Shown here: in pieces, positions 1 to 6,932 of the stretch | How the letters are laid out: each line of letters begins with the position of its first letter | Position numbering within the stretch: the stretch's first letter is position 1 | Virus record (IMG/VR): IMGVR_UViG_3300037461_001570 | Location: 1-31,926 of that record | Source: a virus | Lineage: Duplodnaviria; Caudoviricetes | DNA length: 31,926 bases | Direction: 5' to 3' (one strand) | Position numbers and translations under genes: made by a program | Notes under the pieces: model-generated | What the model was told of the DNA's origin: nothing | What the model saw: only the letters and a program-made list of their open reading frames with translations | Database searches by the model: none

Positions 1-102
1 GCGCCAAAGTAACAGCGCCAAAGTAACAGCGCCAAAGTAACAGCGCCAAAGTAACAGCGCCAAAGTAACAGCGCCAAAGTAACAGCGCCAAAGTAACAGC
101 GC
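1..102. repeat. Perfect tandem repeat, 14-bp unit GCGCCAAAGTAACA, 7 copies plus 4 bp, probably truncated by the window edge
   Basis: Read directly: units start at 1, 15, 29, 43, 57, 71, 85, then GCGC at 99-102. Confidence 0.98.
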
Positions 103-354
103 TTGTTAATAACGCTAAGTCCGCTATGCCTAAAAGCCCCCCAAAAATCGTAATGCATGCCTCTTTGGTCGAACTGGACTTAGTGCATCTTTGGTCGCGT
201 AGCTTTAGAAAAATTCGTTTTAACGCAATTACGCCCGCGCCGTTGCCGCCAAAAACCCATTCCCGTGTACCTCCCAACAAAGATGTATTTATTCAATGCC
301 AACGATTTTAGAAAGCCATATAAGAGGAATCAGCGATAGAGTCATAAAACAAAA

Positions 355-415
355 GCTTTGTTGGCGGAACCAGAGGCAAAGCAATTTAACAAGGCTTTGT
401 TGGCGGAACCAGAGG
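355..415. repeat. 22-bp perfect direct repeat GCTTTGTTGGCGGAACCAGAGG, 2 copies
   Basis: Copies at 355-376 and 394-415, 39-bp period. Confidence 0.95.
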
Positions 416-700
416 AGACGCCTTTTTGGTTAAATTTTTGTAATTAAATAGAAATAATCGGATTCACATTTAATGGTTGAATTTGTTAATTGAGTTATTG
501 GTAACCCAGTTCAAGTTTGGCGGGCATGGGAGGAGAGGTACTATTTTGGTAGAATCCATTTTTGAATGGAGGTTATTTGCGTTTAAAAATTTTTAATAAG
601 ATAGACGTGGCTTATCGCGATTGGAAATGTATGGTTATATTCCTGTTTTGGTTGAGTATTTTAATTTCCTGTATTTTACAAAATACTAATATTGAATCTA

Positions 701-762
701 CTCAATTTTGGTTGATATCAACTAAAATTGGTTAATATCTGTCAAAATTGGTTGATATCAAC
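701..762. repeat. Three 20-bp-period boxes containing the palindrome GTTGATATCAAC (possible operator or iteron array)
   Basis: CTCAATTTTGGTTGATATCA / ACTAAAATTGGTTAATATCT / GTCAAAATTGGTTGATATCA; 703-730 is a near-perfect 28-bp palindrome. Confidence 0.8.
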
Positions 763-930
763 CCCTAAGAATACGGGCACGAACTAGACACTAGCAGGAC
801 CACAGCAGAGACTAGAACTAGAGAGGACAAAAGACTATACAGTATATTTATATATTCTTGCTACCGCACAAGATTGGCCATACGCTGCTGGGACAATAGT
901 GGTCTAATCTCAGATTACACCAATATATTG

Positions 931-958
931 TTGTATTCTTATAGTATTGTGCTATACT
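931..958 (+). promoter_or_regulatory. sigma70-like promoter upstream of tnpB
   Basis: TTGTAT-16 bp-TATACT with an extended -10 TG motif (TGTGCTATACT). Confidence 0.55.
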
Positions 959-1016
959 TTATTTATGAGCATCTCGGATACCTTGCTTAAGCTTTAAAGC
1001 AGATTTTTAAAAAATT

Positions 1017-2090
1017 ATGATAATAGAAACCTTTAAATATAGAATCAAAAAACCTAGCGCAAAACGTAGGCTATTGCGTTTAAGTAGGTCTGCTAACAAA
1101 GTTTTTAATAGTTGCAACGAACTATCTATAAAAGAGTTAGAGCAAAACAATAAGTTTTTAAGTTACTTTGATTTGGCTAAGCTCCACAAAGGCAAAGAAT
1201 GGGCTAAAGATATTGGCTTGAATTCGCAAACCACACAGGCTATATGCAAAGAGTATACAATCAGAAGAAAACAATTCAAAAAGAAAAAGCTTAAATGGAG
1301 AGTAAGCGATAAAAAGAAAAAGAGCAGATATTCTTTGGGATGGATACCGCTTAAAGCCGGTAACATTAAATTCAACGATGGTGTGGCCACATATTATGGT
1401 TATCAATATAAAACGTTTTTTCATAGACCTCTTCCTAATGGCGCCAAGATTAAATGTGGTAGTTTTAATGAAGACACATTAGGCAATTGGTACATCAATT
1501 TAACAGTTGAATATACACCTAATGAGCATACCCATGAAGTATGCGAACCAATAGGCGCAGACCCAGGGTTAAAGGATACCCTGGTTTTTTCAAATGGCGA
1601 GAGAATAAAAAACAACAGAGAATTTAAAAAACAGGAAGAAAAGATAGGGAAATTTCAAAGACACCATAAGAAAAAACAAGCAAGAAAGTTACATCAAAGG
1701 ATAAAAAACAGGAGAAAAGATTTTTTACATAAGGAGTCCCTAAGACTCACCAAGAAATACAAAGAAATATTTATAGGCAATGTCAGCGCTAAATTTTTAC
1801 AAAAAACAAACGGAAAATCTAGCGTTGATTCATCGGTTAGTATAATCGTAAATCTACTTGAATATAAAGCCAAAAGGCTTGGTGGATTTGTAAAAAAAGT
1901 AAAAGAAAATAACTCTACGGTAACTTGCTCAGCTTGTTTTAAAAGAACAGGGCCGAGTGGACTAAGAAACTGTAGTGTAAGAGAATGGACTTGTTCTATT
2001 TGTGGAGCAAATCATGATCGAGATATAAATGCTGCGATCAACATTCTCCGTTTCGGGCGCGAAACGCTGATAGTAGCAAACACTACTTAG
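1017..2090 (+). CDS. tnpB: IS200/IS605-family RNA-guided endonuclease TnpB, RuvC-II-rearranged type
   Basis: N-terminal TFKYRI, RuvC-I GADPG (D182), IFIGNV at the canonical RuvC-II position (G254), alternative Glu in KENNST (E297), Zn ribbon CSAC...CSIC, RuvC-III HDRDINAAINI (D336); 357 aa. Confidence 0.93.
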   Translation: MIIETFKYRIKKPSAKRRLLRLSRSANKVFNSCNELSIKELEQNNKFLSYFDLAKLHKGKEWAKDIGLNSQTTQAICKEYTIRRKQFKKKKLKWRVSDKKKKSRYSLGWIPLKAGNIKFNDGVATYYGYQYKTFFHRPLPNGAKIKCGSFNEDTLGNWYINLTVEYTPNEHTHEVCEPIGADPGLKDTLVFSNGERIKNNREFKKQEEKIGKFQRHHKKKQARKLHQRIKNRRKDFLHKESLRLTKKYKEIFIGNVSAKFLQKTNGKSSVDSSVSIIVNLLEYKAKRLGGFVKKVKENNSTVTCSACFKRTGPSGLRNCSVREWTCSICGANHDRDINAAINILRFGRETLIVANTT

Positions 2091-2145
2091 GGAAGCGCCG
2101 GCCTTTGGGCCGGTGAGGGCGCCACGGTTGTTCCGCTTGTTGAAT
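2050..2145 (+). ncRNA. 3' part of the putative TnpB omegaRNA (right-end scaffold plus about 19-20 nt guide)
   Basis: Hairpins AGTAG/CTACT (2072-2087) and CGCCGGCC-TTTG-GGCCGGTG (2096-2115) follow GGAAG, matching the layout of IS605 right ends. GGCGC (2056-2060) can pair with GCGCC (2119-2123). The guide is inferred at about 2126-2144, followed by a T7 run. The 5' boundary is unknown. Confidence 0.65.
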
Positions 2146-2165
2146 TTTTTTGAGTATTTATGCTA

Positions 2166-2193
2166 TTGCTTATTTGTATAAATTAAGTATAAT
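2166..2193 (+). promoter_or_regulatory. sigma70-like promoter for the DNA ligase (apparently leaderless)
   Basis: TTGCTT-16 bp-TATAAT, then 7 nt to ATG 2201; no SD. Confidence 0.6.
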
Positions 2194-2200
2194 AGAACAT

Positions 2201-3358
2201 ATGAAGCTTCCTACTTTATACAAAAAGACTAATACCGGTGCTATTCAGTTTTGGTCTGTATCCGTTGATACCGATTTAGTTGATTTGAGTCTTAAGCCTG
2301 GAACCAGCAAAATAACGGTTCAGTATGGCCAGCTAGATACCGATAGCCCACAAGAAACCTTTGACATTATAGAGCACGGTAAAAACGTTGGAAAGAAAAA
2401 CGAAACAACTGCCTACGAACAAGCGGAACTAGAAGCTAAGTCTAAATGGGAAAAGCAGCTTAAAAAAGGTTATGTTAAAACCATAGAAGAAGCTAGAGAA
2501 GGAAAAATCGATACTATTATCGAGGGCGGTATATCCCCTATGCTTGCCCATAGATTTGACGAACATGGCCACAAAATAAAATATAGTTGCTACGGGCAAC
2601 CCAAACTAGACGGACATAGAATCATAGCCGTAGTCAAAGAAGGGCGTTGTACTCTTTGGTCTAGGACACAAAAGCCTATTAATTCTTTACCGCACATAGT
2701 AGACGCTATAGAAAAAATGGTCGGCAGTACATCTTGTATACTAGACGGCGAAGGATACTCCCATGATTTTAAAGAAAATTTTGAAAAAATCTCTTCTCTC
2801 ATAAGACAAGAAAATCCAGCCCCAGACTGCCATTTAGTTCAATATCACATTTATGACATGCCTAGCGCAAACGTACCATTTGAAGAGCGGCTGAAAGCAA
2901 TAAAGTCTTTACCCTGGGCCCAAAATCCCGGATGCCTAGTTATGGTCGATACAGTATTGCTTAACAATCAAGATGAAGCCACTGAATTTTTCTTAAAATG
3001 CTTAAATGATGGATACGAAGGCGCCATACTTCGAAATAAAGCTGGAATGTATGTCAACAAAAGATCGTATGACCTACAAAAAGTTAAAACCATGAAAGAC
3101 GATGAGTTTGATATCGTGGGCATAGAAGAAGGGAAGGGGCGACTTATTGGGCATGTAGGTTCTTTTATTTGCTCTATGCCAAACGGTAAGACATTTTTAG
3201 CGAAAATGTCAGGTAGTACAGATAAGCTTAGGGAATATTTTGTAAATCACCGACTTTGGGAAAACAAACGGCTGACCGTACAATATCAAGGACTTACCGC
3301 CAAAGAAGGCGTTCCAAGGTTTCCTGTAGGCATTAGAATAAGAGAAGAGGAGGATTAA
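2201..3358 (+). CDS. ATP-dependent DNA ligase with N-terminal WGR-like extension
   Basis: Motifs PMLA, QPKLDGHR (adenylated Lys), LDGE, YEGAILR, LQKVK, C-terminal OB-fold ending PRFP. Start moved from TTG 2150 to ATG 2201 because of the promoter position. Confidence 0.93.
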   Translation: MKLPTLYKKTNTGAIQFWSVSVDTDLVDLSLKPGTSKITVQYGQLDTDSPQETFDIIEHGKNVGKKNETTAYEQAELEAKSKWEKQLKKGYVKTIEEAREGKIDTIIEGGISPMLAHRFDEHGHKIKYSCYGQPKLDGHRIIAVVKEGRCTLWSRTQKPINSLPHIVDAIEKMVGSTSCILDGEGYSHDFKENFEKISSLIRQENPAPDCHLVQYHIYDMPSANVPFEERLKAIKSLPWAQNPGCLVMVDTVLLNNQDEATEFFLKCLNDGYEGAILRNKAGMYVNKRSYDLQKVKTMKDDEFDIVGIEEGKGRLIGHVGSFICSMPNGKTFLAKMSGSTDKLREYFVNHRLWENKRLTVQYQGLTAKEGVPRFPVGIRIREEED

Positions 3359-3458
3359 TCGATATAATCGCATATCCTTATTTAAACTGCACTATTTTGT
3401 TTTATATACTATTGAAACAGCTGTCAATTATACTGATATCTTTACTTGCATATTATTC

Positions 3459-3487
3459 TTGTTTTTTACTTTACTCTAGTATATAAT
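3459..3487 (+). promoter_or_regulatory. sigma70-like promoter (apparently leaderless)
   Basis: TTGTTT-17 bp-TATAAT, then 6 nt to ATG 3494. Confidence 0.6.
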
Positions 3488-3493
3488 ATATTT

Positions 3494-3829
3494 ATGAAAA
3501 TAAAACCAAACATTGCATTAGAAGCCGTCCGATGGTTTAAAAATGGCGATCATCCACAAGATGATGTGTATCGCCCGTTTGAAGATACGGGGCAAATTCC
3601 AACTGAACCAAGGGAAGGAAAAATTGTTCTATATTTTCGTCATCCGAATATTTCTGGCAACAATATGTGTTGCAAATGCGGCACGTTAGTCCACCACCAC
3701 GGGTGGATAGACAGCGGTGGGCCAGGACAAACAGTTTGTCCCGGAGATTATATTTTGACTGGACCAGACGGAAAATTTTATATTTTTAACCCTGAAGCAT
3801 TTTGGATCATTTTCGTGAAAGGTAACTAA
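3494..3829 (+). CDS. Hypothetical phage protein, Cys/His-rich (WFKNGDHP...CxxC...HGWID...VCPGD)
   Basis: ORF with protein-like composition; start reassigned to ATG 3494 from the promoter position. Confidence 0.75.
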   Translation: MKIKPNIALEAVRWFKNGDHPQDDVYRPFEDTGQIPTEPREGKIVLYFRHPNISGNNMCCKCGTLVHHHGWIDSGGPGQTVCPGDYILTGPDGKFYIFNPEAFWIIFVKGN

Positions 3830-3831
3830 CT

Positions 3832-4569
3832 ATGTGTCAATTTTTTAGCTTTATTTTAGACGAAAACGGCAAAATGCATTACTTTAATGCTAAACAACGT
3901 CTTGAATTTTTAAAGGATAATCCTAAACAACTTCATCTTGATAGCCATGCTTCAATAGCTGATTTTTTCAAATTAGATGAAGATAAATGCAATAAATACG
4001 AATATTCAAACGGCAAACTTATTGAAGATAATATTGTTCATAGCTTAAAGCCTAATAATTTCAATAAGTTTGTCAATAGCAAAGAGTTTCAAAAACTTTG
4101 CCTTGCAGCGGTAACGCGGGATGGCTTTGCTTTAGAATTTGTTAAAAAGCAAACCCCCAAAATTTGCCTTGCAGCGGTAAAGCAGAATGGCTGTGCTTTA
4201 TATTACGTTAAAGAGCAAACCCCCGAAATCTGCATGACAGCGGTAAAACAGAATGGATACGCTTTACAATTTGTTAAAGAGCAAACCCCTCGACTTTGCT
4301 TGGCAGCGGTAAAATATGATGGTTATGCCTTAAAATACGTTAAAAAGCAAACCCCCGCAATTTGCCTAGCAGCAGTAAAACAATGCGGCCATGCCCTAAA
4401 ATACGTTAAAGAGCAAACCCCTGCAATTTGCCTTGCAGCAGTAAAGCAGAATGGCCTTGTTTTAGATTATGTTAAAAAGCAAACCCCCGAAATCTGCTTG
4501 GCAGCGGTAACGCAGGATGGCTTAGCTTTACTATTTGTTAAACCAGAATTTATGCATCTATTTAAGTAA
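3832..4569 (+). CDS. DUF4116-like tandem-repeat protein (7 x 22 aa) with a unique N-terminal domain
   Basis: Repeat consensus xICLAAVKQNGxALxYVKxQTP, which resembles DUF4116 repeats. Confidence 0.85.
   Translation: MCQFFSFILDENGKMHYFNAKQRLEFLKDNPKQLHLDSHASIADFFKLDEDKCNKYEYSNGKLIEDNIVHSLKPNNFNKFVNSKEFQKLCLAAVTRDGFALEFVKKQTPKICLAAVKQNGCALYYVKEQTPEICMTAVKQNGYALQFVKEQTPRLCLAAVKYDGYALKYVKKQTPAICLAAVKQCGHALKYVKEQTPAICLAAVKQNGLVLDYVKKQTPEICLAAVTQDGLALLFVKPEFMHLFK
4093..4554 (+). repeat. 66-bp coding tandem repeat, 7 copies
   Basis: GCAGCGGTAA...GTTAAA(A/G)AGCAAACCCC recurs every 66 bp; the last copy diverges at its 3' end. Confidence 0.95.
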
Positions 4570-4597
4570 AAGTAATTTTTAGATTAAAGGAGAAAAA

Positions 4598-5224
4598 ATG
4601 GGTAAGAAATATTTTTCAATATCAATGAAAATAGAAACTGATATTACGGATACAATCTCTACATTACGAAAAATTGAACATGATTTAATTAATAGCGAGA
4701 ATAGGGACTTTATTTTAAAAAGAGAAATAACGGACGGAATGTTGTGGCTACAACGCAGTTTTATGGAAAAACTATCCGTAATTCCAGATATAACCATAGA
4801 TAAAAATAAAGCTAGACTACATATGATTGATTGTTTTGAAAAAGATTTTCCTGGACTAACGGCCTCCATCTTATGGACTGGCCCTATAGCAGCAGAAATT
4901 TTTAACATTCGATATAAAGACTGGTTCTTGGAAAACAAGGGCGTAAACCCAAAATACATAGAGATAGAACATGAATCCGGGATAACAGCGTTTACTTATA
5001 GTTTTTGCTATACGGACAAAAATTTTTGGACATACGCAAGACAGGGCAACGAGTACTATAAAAATATATCTAAACGCATAGATACACCATTTAAACATAA
5101 AGATATCGTTAAATTTATCAAAAAAATGAAAAAAATAGGATATAACTTAAATGTAGTCCGATGGTCCATTCAAGCCGAAGATGAATACAACAGAAGATAT
5201 TGTAAAGATGAGGAGAATTCTTAA
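4598..5224 (+). CDS. Hypothetical protein (208 aa)
   Basis: Strong SD (AAAGGAG) upstream of ATG; long ORF in operon orientation. Confidence 0.8.
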   Translation: MGKKYFSISMKIETDITDTISTLRKIEHDLINSENRDFILKREITDGMLWLQRSFMEKLSVIPDITIDKNKARLHMIDCFEKDFPGLTASILWTGPIAAEIFNIRYKDWFLENKGVNPKYIEIEHESGITAFTYSFCYTDKNFWTYARQGNEYYKNISKRIDTPFKHKDIVKFIKKMKKIGYNLNVVRWSIQAEDEYNRRYCKDEENS

Positions 5225-5331
5225 AACCATGAATAGTCTATCAACAATAACGCAGAAAACTAGACATGACTGGAGAATACTGCCCTCGACACGCTGGCCT
5301 AAGCAGAATGGGAAAAATAGCAAATAGTATT

Positions 5332-5446
5332 ATTTTATCTTTATAACAGTAAATTTTGCCACTTAGGGGCAGTAAATAACTTAAAATTATTCAAAATAAC
5401 ACCATTTTATCCTTATAGCAGTAAATTTTGCCACTTAGGACAGTAA
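5332..5446. repeat. Intergenic direct repeat, 36-bp core (34/36 identical), 72-bp period
   Basis: ATTTTATC(T/C)TTATA(A/G)CAGTAAATTTTGCCACTTAGG at 5332-5367 and 5404-5439, each followed closely by CAGTAA. Confidence 0.92.
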
Positions 5447-5487
5447 GCTAATAACAGAGTATACGACGGCTCACTAAACGATATTGT

Positions 5488-5520
5488 ATAGTTTATAGTA
5501 AACCACTAACTATAAACTAT
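5488..5520. other. Perfect 12-bp inverted repeat (hairpin; possible terminator or binding site)
   Basis: ATAGTTTATAGT-9 nt loop-ACTATAAACTAT; no poly-U tail. Confidence 0.7.
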
Positions 5521-5631
5521 GCGACTATTTATCCAAAGGAAACAAATTCTTACAATACACAATACCAATAGTTAACACTAATGTTAATAATTTGCATTGT
5601 ATATTATCACAAAAATAAATATATATCGCGA

Positions 5632-5661
5632 TTGACATTGACAATATAATCATATTACAAT
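5632..5661 (+). promoter_or_regulatory. sigma70-like promoter (apparently leaderless)
   Basis: TTGACA-18 bp-TACAAT, then 6 nt to ATG 5668; tandem TTGACATTGACA. Confidence 0.6.
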
Positions 5662-5667
5662 ATGTAT

Positions 5668-6003
5668 ATGCGTAGCTGGTATCCAATTCCGACTCAAATG
5701 TTGGACAGAAAGAGACTTTTAGCCGAGCATAACGAGTTACTAATTATGGCCAGAACAATAGCCGGTTTATCTAAAGGATGGGCCAATCATCCAGAGACCA
5801 ATCGCTGGAGGGGCCACTCTAAGGCTATGAAAAAACGACACGATGAATGCGCAGAAGAAATGGTTCGCAGGGGCTTTAAACACAGGTCTCCTTGGCCGGA
5901 AGAATTGATCAATTCTAACGAAACAGAAGATTATCCGGTAGCGCTGGTCGAACCGCTAGAAATAATGATACAAAAATTAAAAGAAAAGCAAGGGCTTTTA
6001 TGA
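5668..6003 (+). CDS. Pyrimidine-dimer DNA glycosylase / T4 endonuclease V-like (Pyr_excise family)
   Basis: MRxW...LDRKRLLAEHNE, NHP...W and EEMVRRGFKH motifs typical of the family; start at 5668 or 5662. Confidence 0.8.
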   Translation: MRSWYPIPTQMLDRKRLLAEHNELLIMARTIAGLSKGWANHPETNRWRGHSKAMKKRHDECAEEMVRRGFKHRSPWPEELINSNETEDYPVALVEPLEIMIQKLKEKQGLL

Positions 6004-6242
6004 ACAAAAAAGAAACAATTGATCTATTTCAGTTTGTTTTAAATAAAACTTCTAAAAAAGTTACTAGATATTTGTACGTAGATTTAACTACCGCAAAACC
6101 TTATTTTATAACCGATATAAATGATGATATTATTCAACAAATCCGAGACCTTAGCGGCTATGTGATTGATATTACGTTGGGAGAATCAATCTTTTTTGAC
6201 GGAGAAAACATCGTAAGAAAAAACATTACGACAAAAAACTAA
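6000..6242 (+). CDS. Hypothetical protein (80 aa)
   Basis: ATGA overlap with the upstream stop codon. Confidence 0.7.
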   Translation: MNKKETIDLFQFVLNKTSKKVTRYLYVDLTTAKPYFITDINDDIIQQIRDLSGYVIDITLGESIFFDGENIVRKNITTKN

Positions 6243-6250
6243 AAAATATA

Positions 6251-6279
6251 TTGACTTTTTTGATTAATCCGCTTATATT
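6251..6279 (+). promoter_or_regulatory. sigma70-like promoter
   Basis: TTGACT-17 bp-TATATT followed by GGAGG SD. Confidence 0.6.
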
Positions 6280-6294
6280 ATTATTGGAGGCCAA

Positions 6295-6480
6295 ATGAAG
6301 AATAAAATTGTTGATTTAGAAAAATACCTAGATTTATTAAAAGTTAGGCTATCGAGCCCTGTTCCACCAAAACACTTAAAGCGCGAAAAATCATTCAAAG
6401 ATTTCTTAAAACGAGAGATTGATATAGCATCAAAAACAATTGAAAAATTGCGACTTAGTAGCCCGGCTGATAAAAAATAA
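6295..6480 (+). CDS. Small basic hypothetical protein (61 aa)
   Basis: GGAGG SD and own promoter. Confidence 0.75.
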   Translation: MKNKIVDLEKYLDLLKVRLSSPVPPKHLKREKSFKDFLKREIDIASKTIEKLRLSSPADKK

Positions 6481-6511
6481 ATATATTTTATACGATATAA
6501 TATATCTATAA

Positions 6512-6754
6512 ATGTCAACAGAAAACATACTATATAGTAAAATTTATAACTATATAGATTCTATTAAAAATTTAGAAGAATATCAATTTCACTTAAAATT
6601 AAGAGGATTGATTTATTCTTACAATCTTTCTTGGGATCTCCATTTTATGGAGTGTGCGATTCAAGATATCGCTTATCTAAGAAGACTCCATAGAAGAGAC
6701 CATAGAGAAGTGCAGGAGATGGCCCTACTGATTTTCAGCTATGTGGCCATGTAA
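6512..6754 (+). CDS. Hypothetical protein (80 aa)
   Basis: ORF fills the gap in operon orientation; TATAAT 10 nt upstream. Confidence 0.65.
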   Translation: MSTENILYSKIYNYIDSIKNLEEYQFHLKLRGLIYSYNLSWDLHFMECAIQDIAYLRRLHRRDHREVQEMALLIFSYVAM

Positions 6755-6761
6755 ATATATA

Positions 6762-6790
6762 TTGACATATACTGTAGATTGTATTAAACT
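6762..6790 (+). promoter_or_regulatory. sigma70-like promoter
   Basis: TTGACA-17 bp-TAAACT. Confidence 0.7.
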
Positions 6791-6800
6791 AAATTAAGAT

Positions 6801-6932
6801 ATGAGATTTATAATTATATTAAGTTTATTTGTTTCAGGATGTGCAACATTACGTGAAGAAAAATGTAAGTATTTTTCAAAACATGGCGAAACCATAGAGG
6901 TTTGTCGCCCAATTACAAGTGAGGATATATGA
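6801..6932 (+). CDS. Small lipoprotein, 43 aa (not in the ORF track)
   Basis: Hand translation MRFIIILSLFVSGCATLREEKCKYFSKHGETIEVCRPITSEDI*: basic N-region, hydrophobic H-region, lipobox VSGC; directly behind a promoter and ATGA-coupled to the next gene. Confidence 0.75.
   Translation: MRFIIILSLFVSGCATLREEKCKYFSKHGETIEVCRPITSEDI

Noticed and set aside
1-102. CRISPR array
   Set aside because: Head-to-tail 14-bp units with no spacers.
126-311. 61-aa ORF, and an open minus-strand frame running through the 14-bp array
   Set aside because: No SD or recognisable motif; the 14-bp unit is not a multiple of 3; region looks non-coding.
1017-2090. Cas12f or catalytically dead TldR call
   Set aside because: No adjacent CRISPR array or cas genes; the missing canonical Glu appears compensated by E297, and both Asp residues are intact.
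4489-4569. DGR variable/template repeat pair with 30832-30915
   Set aside because: Differences are not adenine-specific (for example TTA/CGG, TTT/CTT) and no reverse transcriptase is in the window.
5208-5346. Short ORFs of 26-39 aa after the 208-aa gene
   Set aside because: Two competing frames, no motif; cannot choose or support either.
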